Source of the DNA: Octopus sinensis
Lineage: Eukaryota
Direction: 5' to 3'
Assembly: GCF_006345805.1 (NCBI RefSeq)
Contig: NC_043009.1
Span: 46,190,001-46,254,000, forward strand
DNA length: 64,000 bases
Shown piece after piece: positions 1 to 13,347 of the stretch (positions are counted from its first letter, which is position 1; the number at the start of each line of letters is the position of its first letter). The notes under the pieces were generated by a model that made no database searches, was not told the origin of the DNA, and saw nothing but the letters and a program-made list of their open reading frames with translations. The translations under genes and the position numbers were made by a program.

Positions 1-770
1 TTTTTAGTATCTACATTTTGTGCTTCCAAAGGTCCTTTTCCAGTTTTTTTCCATTATATCAGCTGTTCGTGTTTGTGCCTAGAAGCTTACTTAGAAATCT
101 CGAATCTGTCAACAGGGTTAATGGAATTCTCCGACATACACTCTGTCTGTCAGTTGACCAAAAAACGTGGTTAGAAGGAGTAAATACTTAGGCGATGTTT
201 AATGTTGTAAAACTTGAAATCTAAATAATGACCATGCTTAAAGGGCCCAGGCGTAGCTGTGTGGTAATATGTTTGCTTCCCAACCACATGGTTGTTTGTC
301 CCCACTAAGCAATTGACAACTGGTGTTAGTGGGTTTACGTCCCCGTAACTTGGCAGTTCGGCATACGAGACCGATACAATAAGTCCCTGGCTTAAAAAGG
401 AAATAAGTACTGAGGTCGATTAGTTTGACTAAAATTCCTCAAGCCGGTGCCCCAGCATGACCGCAATCTAACGACTAAAACAAATTAACGGTAAGATATA
501 TATATATATATGTTGTAGTAAAAAACTTCCTTTTTATTCAATAAGGGAAAATTATCTATCAGTGTAGGTACTTCGAAATTTTATGAAATAATTAAAAGAA
601 TTAATGTTTCTTTTATTTCTGTGATAAGATGTTCTGGTTGTTGCATCAATGTCAGACATATTCCTTTTTCAAATCAATTCCGTAACTGGCATAACAATAG
701 TAAATTAATGATTCGATAAAGATTTGTTCGTTGAGAGAAAGGATGAGAGAAGGGAAAAAATTGACAATGC

Positions 771-2147
771 AAGGATGTGTTGAAAAGTTCTTAAACTGAC
801 TATAAGCGAGTGGTGCTAGAGCAATGAAATTCGGCATACATTAATTTCAATACTTCTTATAACCGAATTGTTTCTTTCCTGGTAAACTCTCATTTGACTG
901 TTCAAAGAAAACTTCATAAGTAAGGCGGCGAGCTGGCAGAAACGTTATCACGCCGGGCGAAATGCTTAGCGGCATTTCGACTGTCTTTACGTTCTGAGTT
1001 CAAATTCCGCAGAGGTCGACTTTGCCTTTCATCCTTTCGAGGTCGATAAATTAAGTACCAGTTACGCACTAGGGTCGATGTAATCGACTTAATCCCTTTG
1101 TCTGTCCTTGTTTGTCCCTTCTATGTTTAGCCCCTTGTGGGCAATAAAGAAATTAGAAAACTTCAAAAGTAACCAGTAGCGACTTCTTTTCAAAAGGGAC
1201 AAACTTTGGCACCGTGGTGTTATCAAATACCTGCAGAAAAATGGTTCAGCCCCCAAGAATATGCATACTGATATGATTACTACATTAGGTGATGACGCTC
1301 CAACTTTATCAATAGTACAAAAGTGAGCAGCTGAAATCAGGAGGGGAAAGGAGAGTCTTGAAATGACCCAAGATCTGGACCGAAGCATTGACTATAAATC
1401 AAATTGTCAATGCTATCAGCATTTCCTGTAAGAGTTGAGAATATTCTGTACATTGAATTTGGTATGACGAACGTTTCTGTTTGGTGAGCGCTACGTCTTC
1501 TGACAACTGATCAAAGGCGCACCAAGCCGATCACATCACGGGAAAATCTGACATTGTTTGAGGCAATTTAAGCTGGCTTCCTTGAATGTTTCCTAAGCCA
1601 GGATGAGTGATGGGTACATCACTTTGAACCAGAGAAAGCCAATTTCGTTTCACATGCATGAAAGGTGATGGTCTCAGTTTTTGAGGATGCAAAAAGCATA
1701 GTGTTTATTTGCCGTCGTCAAAAGGGCCACAACATCAGTGAAGAGTACTGAGGCAGTTACAGAAATCTATCAAAGCCAAACATCCAGAAAAAACTGACGC
1801 AAGGTTTCATCGGGGAATACTCCAGTGCAGAAGTCCTTGGTTTCAATAGCCGTTGTTGGTGACTGTAGCTTTGAACTGGTTGATCACTCTCCCTATTCTC
1901 CTGATTTGGCCCCATCTGACCATCATCTGTTGCCAATCATGAAAAACCCTTTGGTTGGGAACCAGTATCGCAGTTGATGACGATGTCATATCTGCAGTTG
2001 ATGACTTTCACCAATGGAATCCAATTACTGCAACACCGATGGAAAAAGTGTGTGGAGCGTAAAGAGGAGTAGATGAAAAATAAACCTCATTTGATCACAT
2101 TCTAAGAGAGTATCTTGGTCAGTCTATGAACATTTCAGCCGACCCTC
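771..2147 (+). mobile_element. Decayed mariner (Tc1/mariner) transposon interrupted by a SINE
   Basis: Broken frames give DAPTLSIVQK.AAE..RGKESL...PRSG and HSPYSPDLAPSDHHL. Degenerate terminal inverted repeats near 771-800 and 2117-2147. Confidence 0.75.
924..1154 (+). mobile_element. tRNA-headed SINE family A (GGCGGCGAGCTGGCAGAA...)
   Basis: Pol III A/B-box-like head (TGGCAGAAAC..; GAGTTCAAATTCC). 18-bp TSD AGAAAACTTCA(T/A)AAGTAA at 906-923 and 1155-1172. Confidence 0.9.
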
Positions 2148-2702
2148 CAAAATATAGATCATCTTTGCGTGTTGTATGTATGTATGTATGTATGTAACCC
2201 ATTACAACCTGTTGCATGGTCGGGTCGTCGGCGACTAAACCGGCAATCCCACCAAGCTTGCTTGGTGAGGAGAGTGTTTATTGGACACCCTGTGGGATGA
2301 AAAACAAAACCCGTCAAAAGGCGGAGAGTCAACGGCCATCCAATAAATGTCTTAAGGATGTATCATGCGCAGGAACATAGAAATAATCGGACTGAATACC
2401 CGATCGCGCGGTTAAACCATTGGGAGTGAAGGACTTCTAGCCTTTGTTAGGGCATCCTTCTAGGAGAAGGTAACTCCAGTAATTGGGATAACTCCGACAT
2501 AAAACCTGCGGCTCAGTGGTTATCGATGATGTTGACTTGTTCTTCTTTTCGGATTATGGCTGCTGTTGCTTAGTGAGTGGGACTGACTCAGTGCACAGCC
2601 TTTCCTCACTTTAAAAAAATCTTCTTGCACAGACATTGCATGATAACAACATTGATTAAGCTTCGTGCAATGGCCATACTCGATAACAAGGGGGCAGCCA
2701 CC

Positions 2703-2793
2703 ATGTATGTATGTATGCATGTATGTATATGTGTATGTATGTATGTATGTATGTATGTATGGATGGATGGATGGATGGATGGATGGATGGATG
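2703..2793. repeat. Compound microsatellite (GTAT)n(GGAT)n
   Basis: Direct inspection. Confidence 0.95.
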
Positions 2794-3954
2794 TGGAATA
2801 ATCTTCACAAGATGTATCAACCGAATTCCACTCACAAATCATTGGTCTACTTGAGATTACATTAGAAGACACTTGTGCCAATGCAATGCACAATGAGACT
2901 TCACCCAGAACCATGGGCCGCAAAGCGAAATTCTTTAAACCTTCCTGATATTCACGTGCAATGTCTCATAACAACTTCCCCACTTATTAAATGATAATTT
3001 CTTCCTTGATCTTTTGCACAAAGATGCTGTTTAGCTTCTTTGAGAAAAAGACCTTCAAATAAAATATGCGGCGATTCTTTATCTTTGTAACTCTTTTATT
3101 TCCTTTACTGGCAGTATGTATTAGATATGTAAAATACTGGAAATATCTTGTTCTAACGTACGTAGGCTGACATATTCATAATATATCCATGCACACGCTT
3201 GTATGCAGATGCGAAAATTTGGTACTCACAAGATTTTACATAAGTGGCTCAAAGCTGCTGGCTCTCTCTCTCTCTCTCTCCCTCTCTCTCTCCCTTCCTC
3301 TCTCTCTCTCTCTCTCTTTTTCTCTTTCTCTATGTAGGAGTGTACGAATATATCTTCTCAAAAAGACGTCAACAATCAAGAAACTAGTCAAGTTGCTCTT
3401 AGATTTTCCTGCACAGAGATAGAGGGCTGAGTGAGTGAGAAAAGGAGAGAAAGAGAGAGAGAGAAAGAGAAAGAAAGAGAGAGAGAGAAAGAAAGAGAGA
3501 AAGGAAGATAGAGAGACAGACAGAGGAAGAGAAATGGAGAGCTGTAGTTTATACAGAATATCTATTTACACAGTATAGTTAAATGTATGCTTATTAAATG
3601 TACTCGGTAATGTTATCCACACACGCACACACATAAACATACATACGCATGCATACATAACATACACATGCACACGCAAACATAAGCACACATGCAAGCA
3701 TGAATGCACATACATACATAAAGAAAAGAGAGATAGACCTAGAGAGAGGTAGGGTGAATGTAAGAGGGAGAGAGTAAGAAAGAGGTATACGATATGGAGT
3801 ATATGTAATACGTATCCGGAAACACTGACATATTTATTGTTTGCACACTCACACAAACGAATATACATTACATGCAAACATACACACGCAGACACATATA
3901 CATTCTACATGCGTACGCTGTGTGTGCATGTGTGCATGCGTGTGCGCGCTTGTG

Positions 3955-3955
3955 C

Positions 3956-4013
<58 letters not shown>

Positions 4014-4021
4014 GTGTGTGC

Positions 4022-4064
<43 letters not shown>

Positions 4065-4078
4065 TTGTGTGTGTGTGT
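3955..4078. repeat. (TG)n microsatellite
   Basis: Direct inspection. Confidence 0.95.
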
Positions 4079-4791
4079 AACCCACCACCACCACTACCAT
4101 CACACACGCACACACGCGCACACTTGTTCAATCCGTCGAATACTGTAGACAAAACCTCCCTCACTCCAATCACACTTTGGTGGGGAGGGGGGCTGAACCC
4201 CCCCCCATCAAATAATGAATAAAAAAAAAACTAGAAAGGATGGTCACAATCGGAACGCCATTAACCATAAATATGCTCGGTCAGGAGCAGACCTGGAGAC
4301 CTGGATGTCAAAACAACAATAGCAACAACCTTAAACTTTTACCTACAGTAGTAATTCTAAACAAGTAAATGAAGATGATGGCATCAAATGTCATATATGA
4401 ATGTTGCACTCTAACATATAAAACGATATTAACTACATTAGCAATAGTTGCTATTGTTGTAGTAATAACATTAGCAAGTGTTACTGTTGCCCCGCTTTCT
4501 CTATTATTGTCATAACAGTTGCAGCTGCACGGCTGTGTTAATACTGTCACTAGATCTACTTGGACGAGAGCGACAGAAGAATGTTCTAGTTACCTCCCTT
4601 CATGTTATCCTTACCAATTATTTCATTATGTCTGTACTTGTGTTCTCTCGGCTATTTATTTTGTTCATTATTTGCGAGCGTGTGTATATTATTTTGTTTT
4701 TGTTTTGAATTTGTTTATTTTTGCACCTCTCACTCATTGTCTCTTTCTTTGAATACACTCACGCGCGTGCACACATATATACATACATACA

Positions 4792-5042
<251 letters not shown>

Positions 5043-5070
5043 GACTACTGGCGTCTGTTGTCTGTCTGTC

Positions 5071-5474
5071 TGTGGTAAGAAGCTTGCTTCCCAACCAAAT
5101 GGTTCCGCGTTCTGTCTCACTGCGTGCTATCTTGGGCAAGTGTCTTCTATTATAGCCTGGGGCCGTTCCAAGCCTTGTGACTGGATATGGTTGACGGAAA
5201 CTGACAAAAGCCCATCATATATATGTTGAGGTACAGATCTGTGTGTGTCTTTGTATCTGTGTTTGCCCCCTACCCATCATCACCGCTTAACAATCGGTGT
5301 TGGTGCGTTTACGTTTCCGTAACTTAGCGGTTCGGCAAAGATACCGATGGAATAAGTACTAGGCTTAAAAAATAAGTCCCGGAGCTAATTTCTTCGACTT
5401 AAGCTCTTCAAGGTGGTACTCCATCATGGGCACAGTTAAATGACCGAAATAAGTAAAAGAGTAAAAGAATAAAA
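5071..5474 (+). mobile_element. SINE family B (TGTGGTAAG.AGCTTGCTT..CAACCAC head, internal microsatellite)
   Basis: Homologous to copies at ~250-490, 11552-11940, 12789-13140, 29406-29766 (+) and 45530-45820 (-). Confidence 0.8.
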
Positions 5475-5476
5475 GG

Positions 5477-5522
<46 letters not shown>

Positions 5523-5606
5523 AAGGTCATTTGTTAAAGTACTCTAAAGTACTGCTGCTGGATATATCTCGTTGAGAGATTTAGGAACAATAATGAATCT
5601 ATCTAT

Positions 5607-5672
<66 letters not shown>

Positions 5673-5677
<5 letters not shown>

Positions 5678-6500
5678 CATCCCATAAATAATGTGTTTTT
5701 ATTTTTACTTCTTATATTTTTCAAAATTAAGACAAAGTGTTTTTCTTTTAATCTATAATATACTCTCCTTCATTCCCTACAATGCTCTTCCGTCTATCTG
5801 GTAGACTTGCAAGGCCCCTCTTCCAAAATTCCCTTGTCCGTGACGAAAAATATTCCTCCAATACTGTTCTGACCTCGTCTACAGAATTCATATTTTTTCC
5901 GTCCAAATGATTTTGAAGACTGCAGAATAAACGATAATTAGATGGAGCGATGTCCGGGGAATATGGTGGGAGGGGCATCGTTTTCCATCCCTACTGTTTC
6001 AGCTTTGGAATGTCATCCTCTCTGTATGTGTCCGAGCATTATCCTGATGGAAGAACACATTCCGCCTTGAAACCAAAGATGGTCGTTTTTTCTTCTAGCG
6101 CTGACTTAGGCCGCTCAAGCTGCTCGCAGTAGATTTCCTTTATTATCGTTTGGTTGGGGTTTAAAAATTCAAAGAGAACTAAACCTTTCATATCCCACCA
6201 AATAAATAACAACCCCTTACGTGGATGAAGACCTTCTTTAGCCTGGGGTGCCGCTGTTTATTCTTTCCCCACCCACTGTCTTCGGCGCTTGACATTTTTA
6301 TAGAGAACCTATTTCTCGTCACCAGTCACTATTCGGTCCAAAAAAGGTTCATTCGTGAGACGTGACATTAAAGAAGAGCACACATTCACTCTCTGCGCGC
6401 CATTAGGCTCGGAAAGGTTGTGAGGAAACCAATGACCCAATTTTCTAACCTTTCCGTGGGCACTCAGGTCTCGATGAAAGTTGAGATACATATGTTCTCA
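5673..6500 (-). mobile_element. Decayed mariner transposase remnant
   Basis: ORF fragments HWFPHNLSE...FLDRIVTGDEK (6309-6491) and PPYSPDIAPSNYRLFCSLQNHL...EYIID (5748-5978). One TIR-like end AGGGTCATCCCATAAATAAT at 5673. Confidence 0.85.
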
Positions 6501-7278
6501 ATGTAATTCAAAAGCTGAATCAGTAAAACACAATGTAACAAGGGTGTACGTTTGAAATACAGGTACGTTCCAATTGACGTTTTTTTTTTTCTCAGCAGTG
6601 TCTTTTATCATACTTAGGGGCGACATTTATTTTCCCACGAAAGCTCTGGACCCCAGTAATGAACTCATTTGCATACAGCCAATCAGAGCTCACCTTGACT
6701 TTGCTGTCAAGTTAAACACACTCTACCAAGTAAACTCAAGACGAAGAACGGTGTTGTAAGTCGATCGATCGCCAAGTTATGCCTGAGTTTAGAAGGAGAC
6801 AAGTAATTAGACAGATTTGCATCTGTACCTAATATCGGATTTTGTTAGGGCCCCATATGGTAAAGACGTGGATGGGAAAAATGTGCGTAGAGGGTGATGT
6901 GCAAGCAACCCTCTTCCCTTACTGCTTTACAAAGTAAACAACAGCACAAATAACTACTCAGAGGCAACCATGGTTGAAACAAGAACAAGAACAACAAGCA
7001 TTTTTAAAAGAGAAAAGAAGCATAGTCGTTCCTTAGCCAGGTAACCTTATCTTATCGCCCATCACTTATTCGCTCATAAGGTAGTTTGAAAGTTGAGCTC
7101 TGATTGGCTGTATGCAAATGAGTTCAAAACCGGGGCCTGGAACTGGCGTGGGAAAAGAATCGCAACCCGAGGATATAGTAAAGATATTTGACCCAAAATT
7201 CCCTGCATCGGCATCGAAACTGGGACCTCGGGCGTGAGTGGTTGAGGGTGAAATTCTTAACAAGTCACTCAGTCACAC

Positions 7279-7339
<61 letters not shown>

Positions 7340-8867
7340 CCTATCTGTCTGTCTGTCTGTCTATCTAACTGTCTGTCTGTGTGTCTATCTGCCATCCATC
7401 CGTCCATCTGTCTGCCTGTCTGTCCGTCCGTCTCTTTATCTCTCTCTGTCTATCTGTCTGTCTTTCAGTCTGTCTATATATTACTCAATCTACAAACACA
7501 CACACGCACGCGCGCACACACACATGAAGGGTATTGGGAAGGAAAGAGAGGAAGATAGAAAAAGAGACATCTCTTATTGTCTTTGTCTCTTTCTTTGCCT
7601 CTCTTTACCGTCCTCTCTCTCTCTCTCTCATCTTTTCTCTCGCTTTTCCTCTCAAATACTCTCCTCTGTTGCTTCTGTCCCTCTGTCCTCCAGGACTCTT
7701 TGTCTCTACCACGTGACCTGTGACCGTCTAAACCTCTCTCATCCTTTTTCCGCACTGCTGTTGACCAGGTCGGTCACGTTCCTTTGCGCTCTAAACCATT
7801 TTCCTACACTTTGTTTACTTCTTCCTTCGTTCTGTCCTTTAATCTGCCCCTCTCACGTCTCTAGTCCTACAGGACATTTTATTTTCCTTTGCGTTACCCA
7901 TACTCGTCTGCCTGGCAGCCGCACGGCTTTTTTTTTTTTGCTGTATATGTATTACTATAATTATTTTATTTGTCGTGTTTCTTTTCGTCGTTGCCCTGTA
8001 CATTCGTTAGCTATTCCCAGTGACTTATTTGCCACTGGCTCCACCAAAAGCGAACAATATCGAAAATAAAAGGCGCGAAATTGTAAGGATCGTTTGGACG
8101 TTGACTGATGATAAGTTGATCGACCGTGAAAAGTGGGCCCTGGCAGTAGGATATGATTTTTCTTAGTAAAATTAAGTTCTTTTCCTTCCAGTACAAAACC
8201 TTAAAATTTATGCTCTAAAATATTCTTATACGAGAACTTTGATTATGTGATCTCTCTGTCTCTGTCTGTCTGTCTTTCTCTCTCTCTCTCTTATGTAGTG
8301 TGTGTAAAAATCACATTGTGTAAACATAAGCTATCACATTTACAGTACAACTGTAACATGAAAAAAATATTGTCATGTGAAAGGATTTTTGTATTTTTAC
8401 ATTCATATATATATAAATATATGATAAAAGTATTTATCTCTTATGTCAAAAAAATAAAATTTGCTTTAATCAAATATATCGTTTGAAGTACAAGCCCGTA
8501 CTAAGTGGTGAAGCTCCATCGGTATCGAGACCAAAAACTTCGAAACCACCAGAAGAGAAAACAAAATCAAGCAACGGGAGAGAAAGGCTTGACAAAATCA
8601 ACCTCGTCCTCCACCAACTTTACCATGAAGTGCGAAGAAAAAACTAAATTCTCGGATACGAGATAAAGCCAACGACCACCACACACACATACACGCACGC
8701 ACACCCACACGTACGTACGCACACACGCACACACACACACACAAATTTTGTGCATTTTTAATCTCGTTCTTATTTTATACGTATGAGTCTACATGTGTGT
8801 GTGTATGCCCTTATAACTTTCAATCAACAGACGTAATATTACATGTATTACACACACATATATATAT

Positions 8868-9157
8868 GTGGAGGCGCAATGGCCCAGTGGTTAGGGTAGC
8901 GGACTCGCGGTTGTAGAATAGCGGTTTCGATTGTGAGTGTTTTTTGGGCGAAACCACCTAAAGCTCCACGACGCTCCGGCAGGGGGTGGTGGCGAACCCT
9001 GCCGTACTCTTTCGCCACAATTTTCTCTCACTCTTTCTTCTGTTGGCCTGCTCGCTTAGCCAGCGGGGTGGCGTTATTTGAAGGCTAAAACAATGCGAAG
9101 CGCATTGTGACCAACGATGTGTAGCAACATCTGATAGTCTGGTCGGTCACGGTGATC
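8868..9157 (+). mobile_element. tRNA-headed SINE family C
   Basis: Head GTGGAGGCGCAATGGCCCAGTGGTTAGGG, shared with 46931 and 58719. Confidence 0.8.
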
Positions 9158-9171
9158 ACACACACACATAT

Positions 9172-9232
<61 letters not shown>

Positions 9233-10549
9233 GCTCCAACTTGAACTGCAACTAAAAATGCCGGCATGTTATAGCTGCCTAACGATAATTGGTTATAAAC
9301 AGTGTTTCAATTGAGCAGGGACTTGTATAACAAAAAAATAAAAGTATAAACAGGCAAACAACTGGTGTCAGGTCAGATTATGTCATTTATATATTTAACC
9401 CTTTAGCATTTGAACCAACTTTATTCATTTATTCAGCCCAGATATCCTACCGGTTTTATGTTTAAACTGGCCAGATCCAGCCTTTCATACTTTACAAAGG
9501 CATTTTAAAACAATCACAGCTTCAAAATCTCAAAGCTATGAGATAATGTATAATTCAAAACAATGTGAATAATGAAGCATTACATTTATCAGAGTCATCT
9601 GAATACTAAAGAGCTAAATTTTGACACAGCATGAACATTGAATGTTTCTAGAGTTTCAATCACAAGAGACAGGTATTACGTTTGATTACATTCATGCTTA
9701 TATATCGTTCCTATTGAAAAGAGAAAAGCCTCGCTCTACGCCATCACTGAAATTTAAATCAATTTGCACTTACAATAATTATAGTTCATAAGCAACGGTT
9801 TTTGCCACTTTTCAAGTATAATTGTATAAAGGATTTTTAAAAATGTTTAACACAGCTCAGAATTTAACAGGATTTATATAATGCAAGTTTAAAATAATTG
9901 AATAATAAAAGCTATTAAATATTGAGTTGTGTAAAATGTAGTTTTTAATCCTTCATTATTAAATAAACTATGGTTGAATTGTGGAAGATCATTGCTTATG
10001 CATTATAATAATTCTAATTAACAACATTTTATTGATTTCTCCTTCCGTACTAATATTTTTTTATATTCGGGTAAAGCCACACATCTGTAGCGGAAGCAAT
10101 AAAATTGATTGAAATTATTTCTAGTATATTACTGCTATCTATATTATCGATCGGTAGGGAATGGAAGATAAAATTTAGACTTGCACAGTTTGAGCATATG
10201 CAATTGCTCAATGCAAAATACTGAGCGTTCAACGAGTCAAAATCCACTAGCTTCTGTTTGGGAATATTAGTTGAGGGTTCGATATGATATGTACCAGTTA
10301 AGCATTAACGTCGATATAACCAACTCCCCCACTTCCCCCAAAATTGCTAGCCTTGTACCAAAATTTGAAACCAATATCAGATGAAAGACACACATTTTGA
10401 GAGAAAGATCTTGTTAGTTTAATCGATTCTTGTAGTTGACTATTATTTTGGTGGATCGTCGTTGTTCAGCAATAGGATTCATTTGTTGGATCAAATGTGT
10501 TACCTGCTCTTATATTAAGGAGTAAATGACTGAGAATTCTACAGACCTA

Positions 10550-10700
10550 TGTAGTGACGCCATCGTGGAAATCTCCAGCACGCATGCGCAGAGCTGGATT
10601 CTTCCGGGAGGCCTGCCGGAAATTCCCTCATGCGCATGCGCAGAGCTGGGTTCTTCCGGGAGGATTGCCGGAAATTCCCTCATGCGCATGCGCTGAAAAC
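10550..10700. promoter_or_regulatory. CpG-rich promoter-like module: 52-bp tandem duplication with NRF1-like (GCGCATGCGC) and ETS-like (CCGGAA/TTCCGG) motifs
   Basis: Units start at 10582, 10634 and 10686 (partial). GC/CpG-rich island in AT-rich surroundings, ~4.2 kb upstream of the ATG at 14841. Confidence 0.6.
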
Positions 10701-11551
10701 TAGCAGCAGCAAAATTTTCCTCGTATCGTCCTCTCGAGCGCTGGCAACCGAACAGGACAGTCGTGTTTTAGTAGCCCTCTCAAGATGCTACCTCGTGGCG
10801 TTTCTCCGCTATGCTTGAACGGACAGGATTTGGCTCACCCCACTTGACTACTGCGACGAGCTCCTAGGCAGCCGATTCGCCCTGAAAGAAGAATGTATAT
10901 ATTGCGAATCCAGAAATAAAATATCTATGCTGTGGAAGTTAATCGGAAGTCTTGACTCTTTTCCTTCGATTAATATTTTAATGCAAAGGATGCGAGCTGC
11001 ACCCATCCGGTACGGGGACTTCTCATCCTGTTACACCCATATACTTTAAACGTAATTCTCAACGAGAATCAGCCTGACAGAGTGTGCGCTAAGCTTTACT
11101 TTTTGAATCACAGGTACAATCCACCCGACAGGCCTCTATACGTTTCCATCTGTTGAATTTCATTTTCAAAGTATGGGCCAACAGAAAATATCACGATGTA
11201 GAATCGAAACCTGCACCTCGTTATTACGAAGCTAACTTCTTAAACATTCGGGTATGCTGCACCAACAGATTCTATCGAGCACAAAGGGCTAGAAAGTGAG
11301 GTCGACTTCGGCAAGAACTGAACACAGAACTTAGAAGGGCGAAACCAAAAACTGACTTATTTTTGGTAACAAAACATTGTATAGCTTCTGCTGTTCTCCT
11401 CTGTATTCTGTCAGTATAACCATAAATTCTAATGATACTAGAAAACCACAGTCTTTTGGAAGTTGAGGAAGGAGCTATAATAGCTTAAATCGGTTCCAGC
11501 AAAATAACGTGTATATGTATATCATTATTCAGTTTTAGTTCAAAATTTATT

Positions 11552-11940
11552 GCCCGTGTGGTAAGTAGGTTGCTTACCAACCACATGGTTCCGGGTTCAG
11601 TCCCACAGCGTGGCACATTGGTCAAGTGTCTTCTACTATAGCCTCGGGCCGACCAATGCCTTGTGAGTGGATTTGGTAGACGGAAACTTAAAGAAGCCCG
11701 TCGTATATATAAATGTATATGCATGTGTGTATATGTTTGTGTGTGTCACCCCAACATCGCTTGACAACCGATGCTGGTGTGTTTACGTCCCCGTAACTTA
11801 GCGGTTCGGCAAAAGAGACCGATAGAATAAGTTCTAGGCTTACAAAGAGTAAGTCCTGTGGTGGATTTGCTCGACTAAAGGCGGTGCTCCAGCATGGATG
11901 CAGTCAAAATGACTGAAACAAGTAAATGAGTAAAAGAGTA
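11552..11940 (+). mobile_element. SINE family B, near full length
   Basis: tRNA-like head with GGTTCAGTCCC B-box-like motif, central (TA/TG)n and an AGTAA-repeat tail. Confidence 0.85.
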
Positions 11941-12894
11941 ATAGCGGAAGAGCCGGTTTCTGACTTAAATCTAAGGCTCCTTCATTGGAATTTTAACAAC
12001 ATCACCAAGCTATTTTTGCACGTATCTGAGTATGTGTGCAGTATTAGGAGTCAGTGCAGGTACAGATTTGTATGTTTTGTTTTATGCATGTATTCTTATG
12101 CATATAGTTGCATATCAAAACATGCACATGAATCAACTTTTTCCCTTCTGGTTTTGTGAAGCCTAATTTCTCAGATTTGGTATTTAGGCAGTGAGTTACA
12201 TATTGCAGTGCCCCAATAATTGCAGGTATAAACCTGAACTTGCAATTTGGTTTGAGTAACTATAGATTTCTCAACAGTTCAGCGTAGGTATATATGTATG
12301 TATATACGTACGTGTGTGTGTGTGTGTGTGTGCGTACGTATGTATAAGCGCCAGTCCTACAAGAATGAACAGATTTGAAGACGTTGACATTTTCGGTATT
12401 GGGACACACTCCTACATGTTGTCATAGGAGTTTAGAGTTGATATTCTTTAAAAATAGGAGCGAAATGTCTAATGTCGATCGAGGCTAACTTGAGAAGTCA
12501 ATATTTTAAGAAAAACAGTATCAACAGCATATCAGTCACAGTAACTGTTGGTGGTTTTATTTTTACTCTTGAAGACTATACTTTCTGCCTTGAAATCCCA
12601 CGTTTTTCTGAAAACGAAAAGTATTCTTTTTATTTTACATGCAGTGATCGTGAACTGTACGGATAGCCGGTGCTCTTTTAAAGGATGGACACAATGGGCA
12701 GGCGCTCAAGTTTCTCACGGGTTTAAGGGCCTTGTTCTATTCTACGTGTATTACGGCTTGTAAAAATCAAAATAAAATAGAAGTGGCAGCTTGGGCAAGT
12801 GTATTCTGCTATAACTTCGGGCCGACCAAAGATTTGTGAGTGGATTTTGGTAGACGAAAACTGAGAGAAGCCCATCGTATATACGTGTATGTAT

Positions 12895-12925
<31 letters not shown>

Positions 12926-13347
12926 GTGACAGTGTGTGTGTCTGTTTGTTCCAATCACTGCTGCTTGACAAGCGGTGTTGGTGTGTTTACGTCACCGTAA
13001 CTTAGCGGTTTGACAAAAGAGACTGATAGAATAAGTACCAGGCTTTAAAAAATGTACAGGGATTGATTCATTCGACTGAAAATTCTTCGAGGCACTGCCT
13101 CGGCATAGTTGCAGTCTAATGACTGAATCAAGTAAAAGATAAACAATAGTAATAAATACTGTAGGGCCAAGTGCATTAATTTACCAGGGGTTCTTTAATG
13201 CTGCTAAGATGGCTTTGCATGTAAGGTGTGAATGCTGAATTTTCAAATATATTGGGAAATGACCTTCTTTAGAGTTATAATTCGCTGTACAAATAAATCT
13301 ATAAAAAAATTTACACAGGTAGCTAACGAGAATTTTTTTTGTTGCAA

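Noticed and set aside
924-1000. tRNA genes at GGCGGCGAGCTGG... and GTGGAGGCGCAATGG... heads
   Set aside because: Heads continue into multi-copy SINE bodies with TSDs; no complete cloverleaf.
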